64,000 nucleotides of DNA, taken from IMG/VR virus record IMGVR_UViG_3300050343_000190, positions 22,212 to 86,211 of that record, one strand, 5' to 3'. Positions 55,222 to 64,000 of this stretch are shown here, piece by piece. The first letter of the stretch is position 1, and every line of letters starts with the position of its first letter. The notes under the pieces were generated by a model. That model had not been told where the DNA came from. It made no database searches and saw only the letters and a program-made list of their open reading frames with translations. The translations under genes and the position numbers were made by a program. Origin of the DNA: a virus.

Positions 55222-55458
55222 ATGGAACAAGATGCCATCAACCTAACTCTTATACATGAGTGGATGACGGTACATGATGCCAAACTTCTACTCCATGATT
55301 ACTATATGAAGGTAAGATCTCATAAAAAGTATCATGGATGGAAGACGGTTAAAACTCATATGAATATGTTTTATGGACATCTTCAAAGAGACTCTGAAGT
55401 AAACTTGAGAGCAAGGATTGATCTCATTAAGTCACGTAACCATAATGAAAAAAATTAA
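55222..55458 (+). CDS. Hypothetical protein
   Basis: 78-aa ORF in tightly packed cluster. Confidence 0.5.
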   Translation: MEQDAINLTLIHEWMTVHDAKLLLHDYYMKVRSHKKYHGWKTVKTHMNMFYGHLQRDSEVNLRARIDLIKSRNHNEKN

Positions 55459-55759
55459 AATTACTCCTCAAACATATATTGATATGAATGAAGAGATGGA
55501 AAAAGACGACACTCCTCTTAGGATTGTTGTTCCTACACAAGAGGCAATTGATAAGTGGGAATCACAACCATCGCCACCATATCAAACTCCACCTCATGTA
55601 GATATGGTTGCTAATATGTGGAAGAAGCATAGAGAGCAACCTAAATCCGGTCCTGAAGCAGATAAGATTGCTGGACTCGCTCTTATTAGAAGAGCAGGTG
55701 GTTTACTGGATGCTAAAGTTGAATATCTAGATAACAAAATCGTAATTACTTATGGATGA
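55445..55759 (+). CDS. Hypothetical protein
   Basis: MKKIKITPQTYIDMNEE...; C-terminal LDAKVEY..KIVITY. Confidence 0.55.
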   Translation: MKKIKITPQTYIDMNEEMEKDDTPLRIVVPTQEAIDKWESQPSPPYQTPPHVDMVANMWKKHREQPKSGPEADKIAGLALIRRAGGLLDAKVEYLDNKIVITYG

Positions 55760-55940
55760 TTTTAACGTACCAGGATCAAATAAAAGTCAAATGGATGATG
55801 AGTCCAGAAAATTTGCATTTCAAATACAACTAGATAATATATGTAGAATATTAGATGGTAAAGTATCTCATTTTACATGTAATAGTAAAACTACTACTTA
55901 CAATAAAATTGTAATCGAATATAACCAAGAAAACAAATGA
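55752..55940 (+). CDS. Small hypothetical protein
   Basis: MDDFNVPGSNKS...LDGKV...KIVIEY. Confidence 0.55.
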   Translation: MDDFNVPGSNKSQMDDESRKFAFQIQLDNICRILDGKVSHFTCNSKTTTYNKIVIEYNQENK

Positions 55941-56181
55941 CTATTCAAGCGTGGATTTACAGCAACGGTAATCAAGAATGTGAGAGAGTGCTGGTATGCT
56001 TCTCAAAAATATCTACAATGATTTTAACGAATATAATCTGAATAAAGAATTTACCGAAAATCAATTTCAAGCAGAGTTTGGAAAAGAAGCAGAATATCCC
56101 CAGATTGCAATTGGAGTTCATCACATAGGAACTCTAAAAGAAACACTTCATTACTTAAAAGACCACAGTTTAATTTTATGA
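55937..56181 (+). CDS. Glutaredoxin-like protein (indel near start)
   Basis: IYSNGNQEC...FGKEAEYPQIAIG..HIG.LKE; glutaredoxin-like pattern lacking the first Cys of CxxC. Confidence 0.55.
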
Positions 56182-56456
56182 ATACTCAACCTTATCCAGA
56201 TGAGATGTTTGACGAAGCTGCTCGTAGAGAAGCATCTAATGAAGAAGTAGATTGGATCGATGATGCTTTCTATGTTAAAAAAACCAGATATGGATTATTC
56301 ATCAGTGTTAAAAAAAATGGTGATAATTTTCTTACTGGTGCAACACATGATGGTGTTTTAGAGATGTCACGCTGGCATCTTAAATGTGAGCAAGATGGAA
56401 CACTTGAACAGTATACTCGTGTAGTTGGATCTGCATTTGTCGATGGAAAACTTTGA
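56178..56456 (+). CDS. Hypothetical protein
   Basis: WIDDAFYV.KTRYG...VDGKL. Confidence 0.6.
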   Translation: MNTQPYPDEMFDEAARREASNEEVDWIDDAFYVKKTRYGLFISVKKNGDNFLTGATHDGVLEMSRWHLKCEQDGTLEQYTRVVGSAFVDGKL

Positions 56457-56643
56457 TTTAAAAAAGTATGAGTTTGCAGGATTAGAGAGAGACCCTGTAA
56501 GTATTCTTAGGTTAATTAGTGAGTTAGAAGGATCTTCTCAAATGCTAAAATATATGGGGTTTGAAGATGATATGAATGCTCTTAACGATATGAAAAAAAA
56601 ATATTATAAACTTTACTTCAAAGCAAAGAAAGAGTATAATTGA
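56443..56643 (+). CDS. Hypothetical protein
   Basis: GLERDPVSILRLISELEGSSQMLKYMGFEDD. Confidence 0.55.
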   Translation: MENFDLKKYEFAGLERDPVSILRLISELEGSSQMLKYMGFEDDMNALNDMKKKYYKLYFKAKKEYN

Positions 56644-56651
56644 ATATGTAA

Positions 56652-56723
56652 TCCTCTTTAGCTCAGCGGTAGAGCGAACGACTGTTAATCGTTTGGTCCC
56701 TGGTTCGATCCCAGGAAGGGGAG
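56652..56723 (+). tRNA. trnN: tRNA-Asn (GTT), CCA not encoded
   Basis: Cloverleaf: TCCTCTT/AAGGGGA acceptor, GCTC/GAGC D stem, AACGA-CTGTTAA-TCGTT anticodon arm, CCTGG-TTCGATC-CCAGG T arm. Confidence 0.96.
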
Positions 56724-56726
56724 TTT

Positions 56727-56734
56727 TATAAATA
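56727..56734 (+). promoter_or_regulatory. T4-type late promoter
   Basis: TATAAATA upstream of the 56760 ORF. Confidence 0.65.
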
Positions 56735-56759
56735 TCTTTATAACTAATTGTAGTGTAAG

Positions 56760-57527
56760 ATGAATTCCAAAGAAGTTAAATCTCTGTGGGAAGCATATGC
56801 TTCTGTTTACGCTCCTCAGGAAGTAGAAGAAGGTATTCGTGATTTAGATCCAGAGAAAGGAACTAAGGAGCGTAAAGCAAAGTTAGAAAAAAAACGTGGT
56901 ATGAAGATGGATGACCATCCTCAGTACAAGAAAGAAGATGTTGAGTCTGAAGGATATGAACCAATGACTCCTGAACGCAAAATGCGTGTTGATAAGGCAA
57001 AGAAAGGTGCCTATGATAAGGACATGATGGCACAATCCAAGGGTGATACCAAGGAAGCTGATAAGCAGTTCAAACGCCGTATGGCCATGGACTTCAAAAC
57101 TAAGATGAAGAAAGAAGAAGTTGATACTTTTGATTTAGTGTTTGAAATTCTTGATGAAGAGATTGAGAATGCATTAGAAGTTATGTCTCAACTAACTCCT
57201 GATGAAGTTCAAGAAATTGCAGAAGGTGATCTTGCAGCAAAGGCAAGAGCAAAAGCAGTTGAAATGGGACGTAAGAGAAGAAGTTCTGCAGAGTATAAGA
57301 GAGGTGGTGCAAGAGGCACTGGTAGAAGTGAAAGAGCAGCATATGATCTTGCTAATGCTCAACAAAGTACTAATGCTGACTTAGGTAGTCAGAAAAGAAC
57401 TGATAAAGCTTCTGGTATGCGGGGTCATCAGAATAAATCTGTTAAGAAGACTGGATCATATGATTACGGTGCCGTCTTAGATAAGAAAGATCCTAAGAAG
57501 AATCCTAAGCATACTGCTAATAAGTAA
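56760..57527 (+). CDS. Lys/Glu-rich modular hypothetical protein (possible internal head protein)
   Basis: L.EAY.SVY start motif; alternating acidic xxE and basic segments. Confidence 0.65.
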   Translation: MNSKEVKSLWEAYASVYAPQEVEEGIRDLDPEKGTKERKAKLEKKRGMKMDDHPQYKKEDVESEGYEPMTPERKMRVDKAKKGAYDKDMMAQSKGDTKEADKQFKRRMAMDFKTKMKKEEVDTFDLVFEILDEEIENALEVMSQLTPDEVQEIAEGDLAAKARAKAVEMGRKRRSSAEYKRGGARGTGRSERAAYDLANAQQSTNADLGSQKRTDKASGMRGHQNKSVKKTGSYDYGAVLDKKDPKKNPKHTANK

Positions 57528-57532
57528 AAACT

Positions 57533-58280
57533 ATGGCGGGTAAAAACAAGGGATTAGACTTTGAACATGCTGTAATGTATGCCGCTACCTCTAGAGTTAA
57601 TGAACCCAGGAGTAGAGAGAACCAAGAATCTTTTGATGAGGCAGCAAAAAAGTGGCCAAGCATTGAAAAGAGTATACAAGATAAAGCAACTGACTTGGTT
57701 CTCGATATGGCACCAGTAAGGGACAAGCAGTCATATTTTAAATCTTTTAAAAAAATGTCTGGTGGAACCGAACCAAAAACGGATATCTTATTTGTTAAGG
57801 GAGGGAAAAAATATAAATGTTCTATGAAATGGGGAAACTCTTTTCAACTAACAAGTTCGGGTATTGATACTTCTGTTCAAGTTCTTACAAAAGTACTAAA
57901 AAAAGTTGCTTCCCAAATGGGAAAAAGTAATATGTCTGCAGTTGAATTGGGTACTTTGCAATTAATTATTGAACAAATTGCAAATAAGTTTGAAAATAAT
58001 ACTGGAACAATGACTGCTCCCCAAGCAGAAAAATTAATGAAAGATGTTAATAAAGCAGGTGGTATTAATGAGCAACTTCAAGATATTTTAGGATCTAGAA
58101 AATCACCTGATGGATCAAAAGCATATGACGCATTTAAATTTGAACTCACTAAAGAGTGTATGACTGGTGAACTTACTTTTGCAAATGATAAAGATAAAGC
58201 AGCAGATCATTTGTTAACTGAAAATGGTCTTAAACCTATAGATGATAAGGCTATCCGCGAAGTAATGAAGAAAGCAGACT
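57533..58280 (+). CDS. Putative PD-(D/E)xK-superfamily endonuclease-like protein (3' end lost at a junction)
   Basis: GLDFE...EPKTDI......YKCSMK...Q motif. Confidence 0.5.
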
Positions 58281-59127
58281 GTTGTATTTGGTAGATTTAA
58301 TCCACCAACTGTTGGTCATGGAAAACTTTTAAGTGCAGCTAAGAAAGCAGCAGCAGGTGGTGATTTAAAAATTTATCCATCCAGAACTCAAGATCCTAAG
58401 AAGAATCCATTGGATCCTGATATGAAGATTTCTTTTATGAAAAAGATGTTCCCTGATTATGCGGATGATATTATAAATGATCTGAAATGAAATCCATTTT
58501 TAATGTTCTTACTGCAGCAGCTGAAGCAGTGGATATAAGAATGTTAATATTGTTGTAGGGATCTGATCGTCAATCTGAATTTGACAATCTGGCACAAAAG
58601 TATAATGGAGAATTGTATAATTTTGAATGATTAATGTAATCTCTGCGGGAGTTCGTGATGCAGATTCTTCAGGTGTAGAAGGAATGTCTGCATCTAAGAT
58701 GAGAAAAGCAGTTGTTGATGATGACTTTGCTGCATTCCGAAAAGGAACACCAAAGGAACTTGATGATGGTGATACTACAGCATTATTTGATGCAGTCCGT
58801 TCTGGAATGGGAGTTAAGAAAAAGAAAGAAGTTAAAGAGATGTGGGAGATTGCACCTAAGTATGATCCCAAAGGTTTAAGAGATAATTATATTTCTGGCA
58901 ATATCTTTAATCTTGGTGATATTGTTGAGAACTTAAACACTGGTTTGATTGGTAAGATTGTTCGTCGTGGAACAAACCATCTTATCTGTGTGACTAGAGA
59001 AAACTATATGTTTAAGTCCTGGATACGTGATGTAATGGAAGCAGTAACAAACTATTCAGGACCATCTGGTGTTCCTTCAGATCAAAGACTTGTAGGAACT
59101 GATTCTCATCGAAAGAATATGCAATGA
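58278..59127 (+). CDS. Cytidylyltransferase-like protein, 5' truncated and frameshifted
   Basis: VVFGRFNPPTVGH.KL (HIGH-like), KKNPL, IVVGSDR, ISAG.RD, GMSASKMR, C-terminal G.IVRRGTNHL. Confidence 0.85.
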
Positions 59128-59134
59128 GAATAAA

Positions 59135-60763
59135 AAAGTAAATGAGAAAGTAGAAGTTCCTTCTGGCGATCTAAAAAAACTTGTAAAAAAAGCAGTCAAG
59201 AGAATTGATACTGATGCTGACGGTGACGTAGATAATAATGATAAGAAGAAAGGTCCAATCGGAGAATTTGTTCCTAGTGCTGATGGAAAGAAAAGAGTTT
59301 ATAGTGGCGTAAAAGAAGGTTTCTCTAACTGGAGAAATGATCTGATTGAAGTCGTTAAAGATGAAGAAACTTCTGTAAAGGAAAAGAACGTAAAGAATAA
59401 GATCGTTGTTAATCCAGAACTTAAAGAGTCTGTAGAAAATATTGGTGGAATACTACTGGAAGCAACTGAATTTACTGATGTCTTAGAAGAAATTAGTGAC
59501 GAAGAGTTATACTTCCTTTCAGATTCAATGATTGAAGAAATCGTTGAGGAAGTATTTGCTGAGGCCCAAGAAGAAGGTCAAGATCTTGATGTATTTGAAA
59601 CTATTCTTTGTGAGTCTATTGATGCTTCATTAATGTTACTTAATGAGGTAACAAGTCCTGCTAAAGTAAATGCACTAAGATTAAAGAATAAAGCATCTGC
59701 TTCTTCTGGTCAGGGACAAACTGCTGGTAGAGATGCTGGTGCTGAAGCAAGAAAGCGTCTTTCAAGTTCCTCTACATCAAGTGGATCCTCATCAAGATCT
59801 GAGAAACTTGCTAAAGTAAAAGCTGCTGTTAAGAAAGTTGGATCTGCTGTAAAAGCAGGTGCTCAAAAAGCAGCACCTATTGTTCGCAAGGCAGCAGTTA
59901 AGAGTGCTGAAATTGCTGGTAAAGCAGCAGGTAAGGCTAAGAATCTTGCAAAAGATATGGGTAGTGCTGCTAAGAAAGGATATCAATCAACTCAATCCGC
60001 ATCTTCTGACTCCTCTGATAGCAATAGTTCTTCCTCTAGTTCTTCTAGTGGTTCTTCTAGTGGTATGACTAGACCAGTTGCTAAGAAAAAACCAGGACTT
60101 CTCAGTAGAATTGGATCAAAACTTAAGAGTGGACTCAAGAAAGCCGTAGGTAAAACTGCAAGAGCAGTATCTAGAGGTACTAGAAACGTAGCACGTCGTA
60201 TGGGAGAAGAAGTAGAACCTGTAGAGAAGAAAAAAGACGGTCCTGATGCTAAAGAAAAGCAGATGCTTTCTCATAAAAGGCAAATGATGAATAAGACGAT
60301 GATGCTTCAAAAGAAGAAGTTAATGCTTCAGAAGCAAGGTAAACTTCCTATGGGTGGAATGAACGAAGAAAATATTAATGAGCGTGGTGACTACTGGCAT
60401 CCAGATCCCGAGCAGGATCGTAAGTTAGGTGGTCCTGGTCCTAATGCTCGTGCTCGTGAAGATCGTGCTGATGCAGCAAAACCTAAGGAAGATCCTAAAA
60501 AACTCCGTAAGGGTGAGTCATATTTTGACTATAACAAACGTCAGAAAGCAAGTAAGATGAGAAAAGAGGAATTGTCTGTGAAAGATCAGATGAAAATCTC
60601 TCGTGAGGCAGCCAAGAATCGCAACCCTAATCCTGACCATAGAAAGATTAATGCTATGAAGGCATCTAATCAGAAGAAAGATAATAGAACTGACTCACAG
60701 AAGATGGCTGATGCATATGCATCTCCTCGCAAGGGACCAGGTGGTGCTACTAAAGCTGACTAA
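59135..60763 (+). CDS. Large Lys/Glu/Ser-rich modular hypothetical protein (5' end lost)
   Basis: Frame open without stops from ~59135 into ORF 59528-60763; DTDADGDVD, FSNWRNDL and KNKIVVNP modules; poly-Ser linkers. Confidence 0.65.
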   Translation, partial: KVNEKVEVPSGDLKKLVKKAVKRIDTDADGDVDNNDKKKGPIGEFVPSADGKKRVYSGVKEGFSNWRNDLIEVVKDEETSVKEKNVKNKIVVNPELKESVENIGGILLEATEFTDVLEEISDEELYFLSDSMIEEIVEEVFAEAQEEGQDLDVFETILCESIDASLMLLNEVTSPAKVNALRLKNKASASSGQGQTAGRDAGAEARKRLSSSSTSSGSSSRSEKLAKVKAAVKKVGSAVKAGAQKAAPIVRKAAVKSAEIAGKAAGKAKNLAKDMGSAAKKGYQSTQSASSDSSDSNSSSSSSSSGSSSGMTRPVAKKKPGLLSRIGSKLKSGLKKAVGKTARAVSRGTRNVARRMGEEVEPVEKKKDGPDAKEKQMLSHKRQMMNKTMMLQKKKLMLQKQGKLPMGGMNEENINERGDYWHPDPEQDRKLGGPGPNARAREDRADAAKPKEDPKKLRKGESYFDYNKRQKASKMRKEELSVKDQMKISREAAKNRNPNPDHRKINAMKASNQKKDNRTDSQKMADAYASPRKGPGGATKAD

Positions 60764-61218
60764 TGAAAAAATGTAAACAGGGTCAATACTATTGTTACAC
60801 TGATAAAAAGTGTAAAAAAATTCCCATGGGATGGCATGTCGCCAGGGGTGGATATATTGAAAAGGATGATGGGGAAAGTGAAACTAAAAAGAACGGAAAT
60901 GGAAATGGAAGTTCTAATGGGAACGGCAATGGTAATGGAAGCACCAACGGGAATGGTAATGGAAGCGCCAATGGTAATGGTGGCGGAGGAGGAGCAGTTT
61001 CAGAAGCATTACGATCAAGTATTCTTTCTGATCGTAGAACGATGAAAAGTATTTCTGATAATGATAAGAAAAATAAAGAGCAAGATGCTCGGATGAAGTA
61101 TGGTAAAAACTGGAAAAAATTTACCAGTGACGTTGACTCTGCAAAAAATCGTTTACGCAAGGGTGAAGTGAAAAAATTTAATAAGCAAACTGGTAAGTGG
61201 GAATCAAATAAAGACTGA
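60763..61218 (+). CDS. Hypothetical protein with Cys motif and (NG)n linker
   Basis: CKQGQYYCYTDKKCKKIP, NGNGNG tract, RLRKGEVKK. Confidence 0.65.
   Translation: MKKCKQGQYYCYTDKKCKKIPMGWHVARGGYIEKDDGESETKKNGNGNGSSNGNGNGNGSTNGNGNGSANGNGGGGGAVSEALRSSILSDRRTMKSISDNDKKNKEQDARMKYGKNWKKFTSDVDSAKNRLRKGEVKKFNKQTGKWESNKD
60892..60993 (+). repeat. Low-complexity Asn-Gly coding repeat
   Basis: aa(c/t)ggn hexamer array, in frame. Confidence 0.7.
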
Positions 61219-61253
61219 TTTTCCTATATAGAATGTAGATACTGGTAAGAAAA

Positions 61254-61443
61254 ATGTGGGCTTCTATTACTTCCCGTTGCGAAAAAAACTCTTAATCATC
61301 TCATTAATAGAGAAGAAGTAAGACGTTATCTCGTACAAGTTCTCCGTAGTTTAGCTTCTACCACCGATAATAAGTTGGATGATGGTGCTGTTGATGTTGT
61401 CGAAGCACTTCTCTTTCCTAAAGAAGTAGCAGCAGCAGAATGA
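61254..61443 (+). CDS. Small hypothetical protein (indel near start)
   Basis: ..LASTTDNKLDDGAVDVVEALLFP motif. Confidence 0.55.
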
Positions 61444-61450
61444 TAAAATA

Positions 61451-61486
61451 AGACCCTATATCTGGGGTCTATTTTTTTTATAAATA
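61451..61486 (+). terminator. Terminator followed by T4 late promoter
   Basis: AGACCCTA-tatc-TGGGGTCT plus T run, then TATAAATA at 61479. Confidence 0.75.
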
Positions 61487-61520
61487 TTTCTATCTTAAAA
61501 AGTTTATCACGGCAAATCAC

Positions 61521-62038
61521 ATGGCACTTTGGGGAAATAACGACAATGTGACCTCGACCGGAACAGTTGGTCTTAACTATGCTACTGGTGTTGTAACTGG
61601 TTCAGGAACCACATTCGTAACCGACTTAGCGGTCGGACAAGTAATTCGTTTCGGCGCGAGAGATGGAATCTATCACGGCGATGCTATAATCAAATCTATC
61701 GCAAGCGGAACATCTCTTACTATTGGATCTACTGCAGGACTTAGTGGAGCAGCTCTATTGCTTCTACAGACTTCACTGTAAGTGAGTGTCCTGTATACAC
61801 AGTAGGAGATTCTGCATACAGCGAAGGATCTTACGGCGTAGATGATACCTTTGCATATGGCGTTTCTGGAGCAGGAGTTACTGCTGGTAGAGCCACTGCA
61901 TATCATGCAACACATGCTGGATGGGTTGGCGTTACAACCTACAATGATCTCGATGGAAATCTGAGAGTTAAGCAAGAAGTTTTAGTTGCAATGTCTGGTA
62001 TTTCTACAGGTAACGCACCCCTGTTCCCACCCGCATGA
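61521..62038 (+). CDS. Virion structural protein (MALWG...HAGWV family), frameshifted
   Basis: MALWGNND start, VTGSGTTF, THAGWVGV.TY.D..GNLRVKQEVLVAMSGI. Confidence 0.7.
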
Positions 62039-62048
62039 TAATTGACTA

Positions 62049-62444
62049 ATGTTATTCGATGAACTGAATGAAGATAATTTTTTGCTATTCGCTATAAAAA
62101 ATTATGAAAATCCCCAGGCAGTGACTAAAGACGATTTTGATAAAGATTTGAATCATTTCAAATATATCAAACGTCTACTGAAGCGATATAAAAGTTCAGG
62201 AGAGTTAAAAACATCTCTCCTGATCAATCACTTTATTGTTTTATATAATATATTTGGGGACGCAGCAACACCGATGTTGTTTTATAAAATAGAGGAAGAA
62301 CTATGGTCAGTAATGAAAACATTTGTTATGTTCTTAAATAGACTTCCAGATACACCTAAATGTTATATTCATGATATACATATTGATATACATTGTTTAG
62401 GTCAATTGCAAAAAACATACTACAATCCAGATGGAAAAGATTGA
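62049..62444 (+). CDS. Conserved T4-like hypothetical protein
   Basis: LNEDNFLLFAIKNYENP...F..DL..FKYIKRLL.RY...LINHFIVLYNIFG. Confidence 0.8.
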   Translation: MLFDELNEDNFLLFAIKNYENPQAVTKDDFDKDLNHFKYIKRLLKRYKSSGELKTSLLINHFIVLYNIFGDAATPMLFYKIEEELWSVMKTFVMFLNRLPDTPKCYIHDIHIDIHCLGQLQKTYYNPDGKD

Positions 62445-62610
62445 TTACATAGTAGAAATGATTCGACGGATTCGGGAAGAGGGTCCAACTATGGCTATGG
62501 GTAATGGGCAGATCGCAGGATCTGTAGAAGCAGGAGATGATCCACCAGTAAGAAAGAAGAAGAAATATATCTATCAGAAAGGCATAAGAAAACTTTGGAA
62601 AATTAAGTAA
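62431..62610 (+). CDS. Small hypothetical protein
   Basis: IREEGPTM.MG.GQIAGSVEAGDDPPVRKKKK read manually. Confidence 0.55.
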   Translation: MEKIDYIVEMIRRIREEGPTMAMGNGQIAGSVEAGDDPPVRKKKKYIYQKGIRKLWKIK

Positions 62611-63018
62611 TGGCTTTTTGGACTAGGAAAATTAGAAGTATTGCAATCTAAATTAGATATCTACGAAGATTTATCTAAAGAGATGTTAGATAAGTTAGAA
62701 CGTGCTGTTTCTACTATTTCTGAGAATAGTAATAGAGTTTCTATTATTTTAGAAAGACATGAAAATAGATTGGATGAGGGTGATAAATCTAATCAACTCA
62801 TCATCAAAATGATTGGGGAAATGGAAACTAGGGGAGAAAAGAATCAAACACTTCTCCATGAAAGGATTGATAAAATTCAAAAGAAAGTAGATTCAAACCA
62901 GAAATTTGTTATTGGTACTACTGCTGTTCTGACTACTCTGGTTGCAGTAATACAAATAGTTCCTCCTATGGTAAAAGTGTTGACGCCATCGACTACAGCA
63001 AGTACAATAGTAAGATAG
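62610..63018 (+). CDS. Coiled-coil protein with C-terminal membrane segment (indel near start)
   Basis: SKLDIYEDLSKEMLDKLERAV...ILERHENRLD; hydrophobic FVIGTTAVLTTLVAVIQI. Confidence 0.65.
62980..63008 (+). promoter_or_regulatory. Sigma70-type promoter upstream of primase
   Basis: TTGACG-N17-TACAAT. Confidence 0.6.
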
Positions 63019-63034
63019 CAGTGATGTTTTCATA

Positions 63035-64000
63035 ATGGATTTGGTTGATTCCAATTTTATTGGACAGTTATCTTCTCGTGTTCAAAAATTCAAAAAAGTA
63101 AAAGCGGACCTTTATAACTTTCGATGTCCTATTTGTGGAGATTCACAAAAGAACAAGAATAAAGCCAGGGGATATCTTTATCAGGCAAAAAATAACACCA
63201 ACTTTAAGTGCCATAATTGTGGTGCTAGTCTTTCTCTTGGAAACTTAATAAAGAAAGTAGATCCCCAATTGCATAAGCAATACGTCCTTGAGAAGTTTAA
63301 GGAGGGTCATGCGGGCAAATAGTTTTGTTACCAAAGAACCTGAGTTTGAATTTCCTGAGAAACCAGTATTTCAGAAGAAACCACTCTATCAGATCTTCCC
63401 AAGGTAAGTCCGAATGTCCTAAACCACTAGGATATCTCATGGCTAGAAAACTCGATCCAGATAAATTCTATTATACTGAAACATTCAAAGCATGGATTAA
63501 TTCTATTAAACCCACCTTTGAGAGTACAAAGTATGATGAACCGAGGATCATTATTCCTCTCATATATAACAATACTCTAGTCGGTGTTCAGGGTCGGAGT
63601 TTTTCAGGAATATGCAGTGCATAACACTGTTAAATACATTACTATTATGTTTGAAGATAATGCACCAAAAATCTATGGACTCGATGAAATTGCCAAATCA
63701 GAATCCTGTTTACATCACAGAAGGACCATTCGACAGCACGTTCATTCGCAACTCGATTGCTATGTGCGGAGCTGATCTTGATATTAGCCGCTGGGGGATT
63801 AGCAATCCTATTTGGGTCTACGATAACGAACCAAGGAACAGTGAAATCGTCAACCAGTATCGGGCGCACAATCGACAGACGGTGGATCCCGTGGTGATTT
63901 GGCCTGAAATCAGTTGACGATAAGGACATTAATGATATGGTAATGTCTGGACTAGATGTTAATGTCTGTGATAAAATCAAATACATATGCTGGATTAGAA
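63035..64000 (+). CDS. gp61: DNA primase, frameshifted, runs off window end
   Basis: NFRCPICGDS...KARG...FKCHNCG zinc finger, RIIIP, QGRS, KYITI, TEGPFDS, YDNEPRN, KDINDM. Confidence 0.95.

Noticed and set aside
583-63986. Minus-strand ORFs in the six-frame track
   Set aside because: All are antisense shadows of recognisable plus-strand genes, with no motifs or ribosome-binding sites of their own

Overview
64 kb of a T4-like cyanomyovirus genome (Synechococcus/Prochlorococcus myophage type). Essentially all real genes lie on the + strand. Order: tail-fibre/virion genes with a subtilisin-like protease (1-16.3 kb); terminase, sheath, tube, portal, protease, scaffold and capsid gp17-gp23 (16.9-27.8 kb); gp3, uvsY, uvsW, gp55, gp47/46; vWA-peptidase plus cobS; gp45, speD, gp44, a DruA/DUF4338-like gene, gp62, regA; hsp20; glyA; gp43, 2OG-Fe(II) oxygenase, uvsX, gp41, mazG; tRNA-Asn; cytidylyltransferase; Lys/Glu-rich proteins; primase gp61 running off the end. 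Essential genes carry many single-base indels and several internal deletions, so this is a noisy (probably long-read or strain-collapsed) consensus, and the boundaries of frameshifted genes are approximate. Most striking observation: the 1692-aa tailspike-like protein (8687-13765) appears to contain four nested phycobiliprotein-like (globin-fold) units. Three retain a Cys at the Cys84 bilin site (CxRD twice, CRDD once) and all four have a Cys at the beta-153/155 position. Other highlights are a glyA cassette bracketed by two copies of a terminator/antiterminator-like element, a ROSE-like thermometer in the hsp20 leader, and a DruA/Mom-like candidate DNA-modification enzyme inside the clamp-loader operon. 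All family calls come from motif recognition by eye; no database search was run.
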